In this document: positions 1 through 9,450 of the stretch, one piece after another | Layout of the letters: every line of letters begins with the position of its first letter | How positions within the stretch are numbered: the stretch's first letter is position 1 | Source: Chrysochromulina tobinii | Taxonomy: Eukaryota | NCBI GenBank assembly: GCA_001275005.1 | Contig: JWZX01003220.1 | Location: forward strand, 1 to 41,538 | Direction of reading: 5' to 3' | Length of the DNA stretch: 41,538 nt | Translations under genes and position numbers: made by a program | The notes under the pieces: model-generated | What the model was told of the DNA's origin: nothing | The model's input: the letters and a program-made list of their open reading frames with translations, nothing else | The model's database searches: none

Positions 1-2
1 TC

Positions 3-485
3 GCGACGCTCACGAGCCTGGTGGATGAAGATGGCAGCAGAGGCAGTGGCCAGGGCGCGCTCGACGGCTCGGTGCTTTCAAGCTCGGAGCAGCCCGCGAG
101 CACAGCGGCTGGCTACGTGCCCACGCCGCTCTCGATGCAGGTGCGTGAGATGCGCAAGGGCTCCGATGCGCACAAGGGCGTCAAGGACAATATGCTGCTC
201 GCGTTCAGCAGCGTGATGTCTCGACTCGACGCCATCTATGCAGCAAGGGCGGCGAAGGCGCCCGAGGGCTTTGAGGAGCGCATCAACTATTGGCATCGCG
301 AGTGTGGCATGCGGACCGACCTGAAAGATCGGTTGCACTCGCTCCGTATTTGGAGGAATGCCGCGAGCCACCTCGACGACGATCGGTGGCGCCGCGACGG
401 CCCACGCAACGAGGCGGAGGCGTCGCAGCTCGTGTCCGCAGTGAAGACAGCGATCGAGGCGCTCGAGGGTGCTCCATCACGTTGA
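3..485 (+). CDS. C-terminal part of a protein ending in a HEPN-like (DUF4145-type) helical domain; 5' end lies outside the window
   Basis: The frame is open back to position 3. FEERINYWHRECGMRTDLKDRLHSLRIWRNAASH carries the HEPN R-N-x3-H motif in a typical helical context. Stop TGA at 483-485. Confidence 0.6.
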   Translation, partial: ATLTSLVDEDGSRGSGQGALDGSVLSSSEQPASTAAGYVPTPLSMQVREMRKGSDAHKGVKDNMLLAFSSVMSRLDAIYAARAAKAPEGFEERINYWHRECGMRTDLKDRLHSLRIWRNAASHLDDDRWRRDGPRNEAEASQLVSAVKTAIEALEGAPSR

Positions 486-615
486 GTACAGCTTTTAGAC
501 GCGGCTGGTTGCCGTGTTTTACGACTTGCGATGGATGAGTGAATGGCGCCCATAATGCAGACACCTTCGCCGCGCCCCCGAGGGGACACCGCACAGCGCT
601 CCTGTCCTTCTGGAC

Positions 616-667
616 ACTGGAAACCGAACTGGTTCAGGACGACTGGAAACCGAACTGGTTCAGGACA
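616..667. repeat. 26-bp tandem duplication
   Basis: ACTGGAAACCGAACTGGTTCAGGAC occurs twice with a 26-bp period, followed by (TATCAG)3 at about 683-700. Confidence 0.9.
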
Positions 668-1079
668 TGGGTGTGTACGTGCTATCAGTATCAGTATCAG
701 TATCACATGCTATTAGTATCACGCTTTGAGGCTCTCGAAAATTGAAATTCTTGAAAATTGAACACTCGCTGCCAGCCGCATGGCAGGGCGAGATACGGTC
801 GAGTGAGGTGATCAACAGGTGGACTCGATTTGCACAAGATGCCCTGGGACGGGACAAAAGCCAAGGCTGCCTCGCACATACCTGAGAATCCCACCAACGG
901 CGGAGCGCCGCCCACACCACCGCGGCCCTAGGGGCCCTTGCATCCGGTTGGATGGGCCGTGTCGTAGGTGGCCGGAGCGGAGTAGTGAGTGGAGAAGTGC
1001 TGCGCTCCTGTGACTAGCCCCCCATTCGTGCCATTCAAAACGCATCCTGACGCGTCTGGCTGCGATTGAGACCATCCGA

Positions 1080-2607
1080 TTATGACTGGATGCTGCTGCT
1101 CTCGACCCACGTGTACTTGGTGAGCGGCGGCGGTGTGGTAAACATCAGGTAGTCGGCCAGCGGGAGCACGGCGCTACCAACGCGTGCCTGGCTCACCGCA
1201 GCGGCACGCTCGCGATCTTCAGGCTTTGAACCAATGACAGGCGCGCCCCCGTCGCCCGGCACGGGCGCATACCGCAGCTGCAAGATGTACTCGCCAAAGT
1301 TGAGACGCCCGCCGGGACCACCAGCAATCGACGGGTCTCTCACCTGCATGCAATCAGTGAGGCATGCATGCAATCAGAGAGGCGAGCAGCAATCGACGGG
1401 TCTCTCACCTGCATGCAGCGCAACTCGTGACCATCCGCGTCAAACGGCGGTCATCAGCGGTCATCAGAGGTCATCAGCGGTCATCGGCGGTCGAACGGCG
1501 GTCGAACGGCGGTCATCAGCGGTCATCAGCGGTCATCAGCGGTCATCACACCAGCGTGCGAGTCGAGGGATGGCTCACCGTATCCGATGGGAGCGGGTTG
1601 AGCATGACCGACGCGACGGAGGCGAGGCCGCCGGGTAGCTGGCGCGCGCATCGCGCGGGTACGCCGCAGCCGAATTTCACATGGTCGGAGCCCACGAGGC
1701 CGACGAGAAGCCCCTCCGGGTTGTTGCGGCACCAGGCGGCCGACGCAGAGCCCATGCTCTCATCCCATAAGACTCGTCCCGAGAAGAAGTTGCGAAAGCT
1801 CATGTCCTCGTCGAGCATCTGGCCGGTGATCGTCGTGCGCAGGATGCCCATCCGCTGGTGCATCTGGTAACTCGGCTTCACGATGTATGCCACGTACTCC
1901 TTGAATGCAGTCGTCGCTGCGAATGCCGAGAAGCCCTCAGGGTCGGTCACGTAGCTGCGCAGCGTCTCAGGCGGCAGCGCAGGCAGGCCGCCCACCTCAA
2001 CACGGCTCAGGTCCTCCGAGTCCACGTTGAGCGCGAGCAGCGGGATGCCGAGCTCGCGGCATGCACGAAAGACGGGAGCATAGGCGGCGAACGGCCAGAA
2101 CCAGCGCTTTCGCCACTCAGTGGCCTCCTCGAGCTCCACCTCGCCGATCCGGCCCGCCACGAAGCTGTCGAGTGCCGGCTGGAAGCGGCGCTGCACCGCC
2201 TCGAGCCCGACGGCCATGGGTAGGCTGCCGCGTTCCTTGTGCAACTCACGGATGACTGCGGACTGTAGCAGGTGGTCGGCAGCGCTGTTGTGGTGCTCTC
2301 CGAGGAATACGGCGCGACACTGCTGCAGCTGCTTGACGATGGTACCCGCGGTAAGAGGCTTGACTGTCGGCGAAAGAGTCTTTGTCGAGTCGGGCACGAC
2401 ACTGTAGATTTCGGCCGAACGTAGTGTGACGCCATCTTCAGTTAGAAGCAGTGTGGCTGCGCTGGTAGGCAGGACGCCAGAGAGGCCAGCGGCGGCGAAC
2501 GCGCCGGCAAGTGCTCTGCGCGAGACGTGGCTGCAATGCTGGTTGCCATGCTGCGGTGTATGCAATGCGGCGACCCCAATACTCAGAAGGAGCACGAGCA
2601 TCGGCAT
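1080..2607 (-). CDS. ChaN/PhuW (Tiki-superfamily haem-uptake-like) protein, probably in the thylakoid lumen; exons 2607-1579 and 1343-1080
   Basis: Motifs AVFLGEHH, MAVGLEAVQRRFQPALDSF, WDESM, VGSDHV and the C-terminal PLADYLMF. N-terminal signal peptide MPMLVLLLSIGVAAL, then SRRALAGAFAAA (Tat-like). A phase-0 GT..AG splice joins the two ORFs. Confidence 0.85.
1344..1578 (-). other. Spliceosomal intron made of two stacked units (1578-1409 and 1408-1344)
   Basis: GTGAGC donor at 1578, a TGATGACCGC tandem array, an internal CAG|GTGAGA at 1409/1408, and the final CAG acceptor at 1344. Removal restores the frame. Confidence 0.85.
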
Positions 2608-2806
2608 CCGCAAATTTCGCAGGCGATTCTGGAAGTTTCTTGTCGGTGTGTGAGGGGCCTGATCACATGTGATCATTGGCTGATTGTGTCTTTGACGGGC
2701 TCTAATTGGCCTCTGATTGCGTCTTCGACTATGCGATGCACGTGAGCACTGTTGCCCACGTGCACCGGAGTGAGCCTCCGAGTGCTGCTGCTCAAGTCTA
2801 GGAATT

Positions 2807-3901
2807 CTACGCAGAGCAAGCTCGGACGCGCGCTTCGAGAGCAGCGACCTCATCGGTCGTGTCTACCATCGGGTACACGGCCGCGAAGATGCTCGCAGAG
2901 CCGAGGACGACGCACACGTGCCAAATGGCCACATGAAACTCGAGGCTGCGGATGGCCCAAGGCAGCAGTCCACCTATGTAGAAGACGCCCGAGATCCAGA
3001 TGAGATCCATTTGCCACGTGTGCAGCGTCTCGCGCACCATGGCGATTGAGGCGTTGTACGTGAGTAAGGGACCGAAGACAAACGACACGACGTGCAGGGC
3101 GATGTTGTCGAGCACTCCGCCGGAGGCCTTCGCGAGGATCGTAGCCAGCATGAGGATCCAGAGCACCGCGGACGATCGCCACGCGCACGAAAAGACGAGG
3201 ACGGGCGTCGCAGAGCCCGCAATCAACACACAGATCCCAATGTGATCGAGCAGCGCCAAGCGATCGACATCCAACCAGAGCTTCAATCGGGCGAGCCTCT
3301 GGCCCACGTTGAAGGCGGCGGAGCAGATGAGCATCGTGAGCAGGGACATCCCATACACGAAAATCACTGCAGCGACCAAGATGGGAAAGCCTTCGCTCAG
3401 ATCGGTGTGCCGCCAGACAGCGAGCCACTGCTTGACGGCACCGACCACGGTGGCAACAAAGGCGACAGCGCCGAGGGCCAGCCCAACGCCATGGACGATG
3501 GCGTCGGTGAGAAGCTCTCTACGGCTGTACAGCCGCACTTCGGGATACCATGGGATCTGCTGATCGAACGGATAGCGCAGATGGCCAAGGAGGGACGGCA
3601 CCGATTCGGAGCCGCTGGCATCGGACCGATCCGGGAATTCCTCAAGGAGGATCTCGGTAGCGAGCCGATCCTCGGCACGCTGCTGGGAATTCTCGACGGC
3701 CCGGCGAGCCATCTCCGCCTCGGTCTCTGCAAGCCTGATGGCCTCCGCTAAACTCATTGGCGACTTGCCGCGTTTGATCGCCTCCATGTAGTCACCGCGC
3801 GCATCATCAAACAACTTCTTGAGGTCCGCGGAGCTGAGCACGTCCCGTTCCATCTTCTCCATTTTGTCCATGATCGACATAGCTGCTTCAGCGTACGACA
3901 T
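2807..3901 (-). CDS. PAQR / haemolysin-III family 7-TM protein
   Basis: ELLTDAIVHGVG, LDHIGICVLIAGSATP and FHVAIWHVCVVLG match the HlyIII/PAQR motifs. About 7 hydrophobic segments. First ATG at 3901. Confidence 0.88.
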   Translation of the reverse strand: MSYAEAAMSIMDKMEKMERDVLSSADLKKLFDDARGDYMEAIKRGKSPMSLAEAIRLAETEAEMARRAVENSQQRAEDRLATEILLEEFPDRSDASGSESVPSLLGHLRYPFDQQIPWYPEVRLYSRRELLTDAIVHGVGLALGAVAFVATVVGAVKQWLAVWRHTDLSEGFPILVAAVIFVYGMSLLTMLICSAAFNVGQRLARLKLWLDVDRLALLDHIGICVLIAGSATPVLVFSCAWRSSAVLWILMLATILAKASGGVLDNIALHVVSFVFGPLLTYNASIAMVRETLHTWQMDLIWISGVFYIGGLLPWAIRSLEFHVAIWHVCVVLGSASIFAAVYPMVDTTDEVAALEARVRACSA

Positions 3902-4108
3902 CGTCCACACCTGGGCGCTGCCGAGGAGCTCTCGCTCCCTCCGACGGCTCGGGCATCCGCCCAAGTTTCAGCATCTGGAGGGAAAATTGGCAAAAAAAAG
4001 ATCTGCGGTCGCCGTCAGTCTATGACGGAAAAGTTCGTGTGTATTCACACATGTGTTCTTTATGAACACTGTTGGCGGAATGCGCGGAAAGGGTCTTCGC
4101 GGAAAGTC

Positions 4109-4888
4109 ATGTCCGCCCGAGGCGATGCAATTGCCCTCGCTGCATGCGCCGCAGCTGGCGCCGTGGCATTTGCCATCGGCGTTTTTATGTCGGAAAGGCT
4201 CTCGTCTTCTAAGTCCGTGGACGTCCGCTTGGACCCACACAGCAGGTCTTGGAAGCCCATGCCCACAACAGCCGAAGCGCCAACGGCTTGCTGTGCACCG
4301 AATGAGGAGGAGGTGCCGGAGATGCCGAAACGCATGCGTGAGGCGCTCGTTCGCAAGGGGGAGACCACCGAGTCTGCGTTCAAGCCACGGTGTGCAACCG
4401 AATCGCCCAAGGCCTGTTGTGACAAGGCTTGTGCACCTGCTTGTACTGATCACCACGAGGTGCCGGAGATGCCAAAACGCATGCGTGATGCTCATGCCCG
4501 CCAATTGGCGACAAATTGGGAAGGATTCCTCGAGCGCGTACCTGGGAAGGAGTCCACGAAGGCGGAGCCCTCGAAAGCGGAGCATGTCAAGCCGCAGCTG
4601 GGCTCCGTGATGGCGCTGGCGAAGGACACGGGCAGGCCGCGGGACGAGTGCAGGGCAGCGCTCATCGCCAGCCAGAACGATTACGACCGGGCCAAGGCGA
4701 GCCTGATGCCAGACGCCATCCTGAGCCAGGCGCCCAGCGGCGTGGCCATTGAGGGTGTGTACGAGCCGGCCGAGAAATTCGGTGGTGGTCGCCCTGGATG
4801 GATCTTCAAGTCCGGTCCGCACGGCCTAGGTTATTACAAGCACAAGGACCCTCTCCCAGCTTGCATGCCGGCGGCAAAGGGCGGCTGA
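4109..4888 (+). CDS. Uncharacterised protein: N-terminal TM helix, duplicated Cys-flanked EVPEMPKRMR repeat, EF-Ts-N/UBA-like domain and C-terminal GLGYY motif
   Basis: AIALAACAAAGAVAFAIGVF is hydrophobic. VMALAKDTGRPRDECRAALIASQNDYDRAKASL resembles the EF-Ts N-terminal UBA-like three-helix unit. C-terminal KFGGGRPGWIFKSGPHGLGYY. The alternative start at 4022 is less likely. Confidence 0.7.
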   Translation: MSARGDAIALAACAAAGAVAFAIGVFMSERLSSSKSVDVRLDPHSRSWKPMPTTAEAPTACCAPNEEEVPEMPKRMREALVRKGETTESAFKPRCATESPKACCDKACAPACTDHHEVPEMPKRMRDAHARQLATNWEGFLERVPGKESTKAEPSKAEHVKPQLGSVMALAKDTGRPRDECRAALIASQNDYDRAKASLMPDAILSQAPSGVAIEGVYEPAEKFGGGRPGWIFKSGPHGLGYYKHKDPLPACMPAAKGG

Positions 4889-5541
4889 TGCTAAGCGCAG
4901 CCTTGCCGACATCGTCGAGGCTGCTCGTTCGTGGATCTTCGATGGCGATTGCGAAGAGCCGAGGGACGCGGCTCACAAGCTCAACGAGTTCGTTGGGCTT
5001 GGGTACTGCGACCTCGGACAAATGACGGCGTCACCCCCAAAGGCCGTTGCGTTGCATGCGCAGGCCAAGGGTGCCGCCCGATGAGATCTTCTCTCGCACC
5101 ACGGTAGGCTCACAAAACGCATCCCCACGCACAATCCAGTGCCCCCAAACCCGGCCGTCGAGCCCCTCGTGGTCTCGTTTCTCAATTCCTTCTTCTGGTA
5201 TGAATCAGATATTTGTACGGGTTGAGCCGCGGCCGCGACGGACTCGTCGTCTTCGTGCTGCGCGTACCACTCGGCACGTCACTCGTCAGGACCACACGCA
5301 GTGGGGATTTATTGCTCAGTCGCCGGAGCATTTCCATTTGGATTTGCAGTCTTGCGCATCCTTCATATCCTTCTATCCGACCGGACTGTGAGGACCCAGA
5401 TCACGATTCGTCTGTTCCAGGCGTTTACGTGGTCGGGGGTGCGTATTCGGGTAAGTTGGTTGAGCTGACCTTTCTTCTAACTTGTTCGCAGTCTTCATAC
5501 GCCCGGAGCCCCGCGGACGCGAAGCCGACGAGCGGCCTAAT

Positions 5542-6962
5542 ATGCCTCCGGAGGTCACGATCTCGTGGGCCGAGCCGCGCAAGAGCTCGCCGTACACGCT
5601 CGCGCGGTCGTCCATCAAGGATGATGACGGCGAGATGCCGCTCGAACCGGGCTCACTCTCGAACTCGGACAAGTCGGACAGGTCTTCAAGCGAGCCGCTA
5701 TCCATGCCGACCCTGCTGCAGCGGCTCATGTGGCGGCACTCGGTGCTCTTCAACACGGCGCAAGAGCTCACACTGCTGCTGCTTATCGGCATGGGGACGA
5801 CCGCGGTCGTCTACTCAGTCGACAAGTCCATCGATGTCATGCTCAAATGGCGCATGAACACGCGGCTCTCATGGCACGTCGCCGGCGGCTTCCTGCCAGA
5901 GTACCTCGTGTGGATAGGCTCGTCGATGCTGCTGTGCACTCTCTCGGCTGCCTGCGTCCATTTGATCGGGCCTTGCGCCGCGGGCTCGGGCATCCCGCTG
6001 ATGAAGTGCGTGCTCTCGGGCGCCCAGATGGATGATTACATCTCGTTTCGCACCCTCGTGGCGAAAGCGACCTCGCTCGCCTTCGCATATTCGGGCGGGC
6101 TCTCGGTCGGCAAGGAGGGCCCGTTTGTGCACATGGCCTCGTGCGTCGCGCACCAGATGTGCCAGCTGCCCATCTTCCGCCGCGTCGCCCAGAACGAGCA
6201 CCTGCATCGACAGGTGCTCGCCGCCGCCTGCGCCGCCGGTGTCTCCGCCGCCTTCGGCTCGCCTGTAGGTGGTGTGCTTTTCTCGATCGAGGTCACATCG
6301 ACGTACTACTCGATCTCGCACCTGTGGAAGGCATTCTTCACCGCCGTTTGCGGCACTCTCTTCGTTCGCCTCGTCCGTGCCTACGGATCGCTAGCGAACT
6401 TCCGTATCACCGACTTCTCGGTGCAGGTGCGCTGCCCGTCCCTGGGCTTGGCTTCTGTTACGTGCTGCTCGGCCTCGGATGCATGCTGATCGTACGCATG
6501 CTGACGGTGCGCTTGCTTCTCTGCCTTCGCAGGACGCCGACACCGGCCTTTCGGCAAGTCTCCTCAGTGGGGAAATCTACGCCTTCCTGCTGCTCGGAGT
6601 ACTGTGCGGGGTGCTCGGCGCCGCATTCGTGCATGCAACGGCCTCGACCATACTGCTGGTGCGCAAGCTGCGCGTCTCGCTCAGCAAGCCGCAAGGTCGC
6701 GCCGGTGCCAGCTGCAGCGGCGGCGGCAGCGGCGGCGGCGGCAGCGGCAGCGGCAGCGGCGGCAGCGGCGGCAGCGGCAGCGGCAGCGGCGGCGGCGTTG
6801 CCAGTGCATCTGGAGGTTCCAACGGCAAGGGAACCGCGCACGGCCCCGTGCCGCTCACGCCTGCGAGTGCATCGCCAGCTGGCGCCCACGGCAGCGCGTC
6901 AACGGCCGCGCCGCCTGTGCTCTCGTTCTCGGAGCGATGGTCCTACGAAACCGTCAACGGCA

Positions 6963-7014
<52 letters not shown>

Positions 7015-9220
7015 CGGATGCGGCGGATGCGCAGCCGAGTGCGGCGGGTGCAGCTGCTCCGATGGCCGTATGAGATGCGTCTTCGCGGCGCTGATCTCGC
7101 GCTATGGGTTCGTCAACGTCGTCGCCTTCGTCACCGCGATGTTCTCCTTCCCGTTCGACTTCTTCTCCTCCGAGCCCGAGGAAGTCACCTCTGAGCTCTT
7201 TGGCGCGGCGCCCTTCGACTTCAAGGCACGCTGGTCCATCACTCCTTGATTGCGTCTTGATTGCGTCTGATGGCCCCAGTTGATGCCCTCTGATTGCCTC
7301 CCTCATCAGGCACGCTGGTCCAATCCATCACTCCTGGTCAACCTCTGCATCTACACCGTGTGCAAGTTCTTCTTCACCTCCGTGGCCGCCGGCTGCCCCT
7401 TGGGCGTCGGCATCTTCACACCCACGTTCCTCATAGGCGCCGCCACTGGGCGGGCCTTCGGTGAAGCTCTCAATGCGCTGCTGGTCCTCACCTCGTCGTC
7501 CTTCCAGGTGACCGCTGAAGACCGCTGATGACCACTGATGACCGCTGATGACCGCTGATGACCGCTGATGACCGCTGATGACCACTGATGACCGCTGATG
7601 ACCGCCGATGACCGCCGATGACCACTGATGACCGCTGATGACCGCTGATGACCGCTGATGACCACTGATGGCCACTGACTGATGGCCACTCTCATTGCGC
7701 GGCTTCCAGGTGACCGCGGGGGCGTACGCGGTGGTTGGCTCCGCGGCCATGGCGGCCGGCGTCACCCGCACCATCTCATGCGCCGTGATGGTCTTTGAGC
7801 TCACTGGACAACTCAACCACCTGCTGCCGGTGCTCGTGGCGGTGCTGGCCGCGTACGGGACTGGCAACGCGTTCAACAAGTCGTACTACGACACCATGCT
7901 CGAGCTCAACAATTATCCGTTCTTCAGGCCGCCGGACCTGACAGTCCCCTCCTCGCAGGCGGCTCAGGATGTGATGGACACGTCCCTCGTCGGGCTGGCG
8001 CGCGTGTGCACCTACCTCGATGTCCACCTCCTACTCACCACGTCCAGTGACTTCGAGTTTGCAGTCGTGGATGCTCTGGACAGCCAACGGCTGCTGGGCA
8101 CGGTGACCCGCGCTACGCTCGCGCGGCTGCTCGATGCGCACATGCTGAGCGGCGAGCGCGCGCGCCGCCATCGGATGCCAGGCCTGGGGACCGTCCTAGG
8201 GAGTCGATTTCGTCAACAGTTTCGTCGGATGCCCGGCCTGGGGAGTCGGTGCGGCAGTATGGGCAGCCTGCTGCGCGGCAGCCTCGCCAACGGTCTGAGT
8301 CGCTTTCTCTCCCCGTCTGCGGGAGTTTCGTCAGTTGGTGTCTCCATCGGAGTCGCCTACGAAGCGACGGAGCGCGCACGCCTCTCGTCGGGCGCCTCCG
8401 ATGGCGCTTCGGACTGTGCGTCACACGACGCCGTCTCCTTGGAGCCCTCAGCAGACCATCAGACGACCATGCACCTGCCCGACCGCGCGCTGCGTGAGGC
8501 GCTCGCTGGAGCCGTTTCCGAGGATACGCTGTCGGACACTCAAAGCCCGGCACCGACGGCGGCTGCGGCTGGCGATCCCGTCGCCGGACGCACGAGCGGA
8601 GGCAGTCCGAGCGGCGGCGGCACCGGTAACGGTAGCAGAGGCACCGGCGAGGCCGAGGCCGACGACGACCGTGAGTGGCGCTGCGCGCGTGGCAGCGGCG
8701 TGCTATGCGGACCTCACGCGGGAAAGTCGCTCGGAGAGCGGCAGCGGCAGGCAGGGGTACGTCGGGCGCACCCATCGGCCTCGCCCAGCATGCACATGCT
8801 CACCACAGCGCTCTCGCCCCCACAGATACGGGCGCACCCATCGGCTCCTCAGCCTCGCCCAGCATGCATGTGCTCACTACGGCGCTCCTTCCCCTCCCCC
8901 CACAGGTACCCATGGGCTCGGTGTATTCAGAGCTCGAGCTCGCCTTGCTTCGTCAACCCGTGGACTTCGGAATGGAAGCCGCGGACAGCGACACATGCGC
9001 CGGCGCCGCCGACAGGCTCGGCGGCGGCGCTGAGGGCGCGCCCGGGGTCCCCACGCTTCCTAGCGGTGGTCTCGTGCAGTGCGCGCCGAACATCTGCACG
9101 GCGGGCGCTCCGCTCAGCCAGGTGCACATGCAGTTCTCGGTGCTCGGGCTCGAGCGCACCTACGTCACGTACGCCGGGCGCCTGCTCGGCGTCATACGCC
9201 GCTCGCAGCTCGGGCGGTGA
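5542..9220 (+). CDS. CLC: CLC-family chloride channel with two CBS domains; exons 5542-6426, 6533-7225, 7310-7507, 7710-8756 and 8906-9220 (the linker splice is less certain)
   Basis: Motifs GSGIP, GKEGP, GGVLFSIEVTS, GIFTP, YAVVGSAAMAAGVT, VFELTGQ and SYYD. CBS2 reads VHMQFSVLGLERTYVTYAGRLLGVI. All four splices are phase 0 and in frame. Confidence 0.92.
6427..6532 (+). other. GT-AG intron 1 of CLC (106 bp)
   Basis: CAG|GTGCGC donor, CTGAC branch-like site, pyrimidine tract and CGCAG acceptor. Removal joins the two ORFs in frame. Confidence 0.88.
7226..7309 (+). other. GC-AG intron 2 of CLC (84 bp), TGATTGCGTC/CCCTCATCAG family
   Basis: AAG|GCACGC donor, in-frame TGA at 7247-7249, ends CCCTCATCAG. 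The 5' end duplicates the downstream exon start. Confidence 0.85.
7508..7709 (+). other. GT-AG intron 3 of CLC (202 bp), TGATGACCRC tandem-repeat family
   Basis: Roughly 15 copies of a 10-nt unit, with CTTCCAG|GTGACCGC at both junctions. Removal restores the frame. Confidence 0.9.
8757..8905 (+). other. Intron 4 of CLC; two related units in tandem (8757-8825 and about 8832-8905)
   Basis: GTACGT donor in phase 0. Both units contain GGGCGCACCCATCGGC..CCTCGCCCAGCATGCA..GCTCAC and end CCCCCACAG. The 8905 acceptor opens the CBS2 frame. Confidence 0.65.
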
Positions 9221-9450
9221 TCCTGAGAGATGACCTGTAAACTCTATACTCTTAGTATTTAATACGAGTTAGGTATATTGAAGGGAGGTAGTTAACGAGG
9301 TACGCATGAAGTCAATTAGGGAGGCACGAATTAGTGGAACAAGCGCGAAGGCACTCTCACACGACAGAGATCGACGAAGGTGCGGATCGAGCCAGAGAGC
9401 CTGAAGAACAGAGCGATCCACCCAGAACAAGCACTGCGTTGTGAGCCTAC

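Noticed and set aside
2608..2853. N-terminal extension of the ChaN ORF
   Set aside because: It has a non-ATG start and overlaps the PAQR stop, and the signal peptide begins at ATG 2607.
4590..4710. Elongation factor Ts (tsf)
   Set aside because: Only the short N-terminal UBA-like unit is similar; the EF-Ts core domain is absent.
4890..5480. Possible decayed minus-strand gene (IPEEGIEKRD..GLWG*RRHLSEVAVPKP)
   Set aside because: It reads vaguely protein-like but has several stops and no recognisable motif, so it cannot be supported without a homology search.
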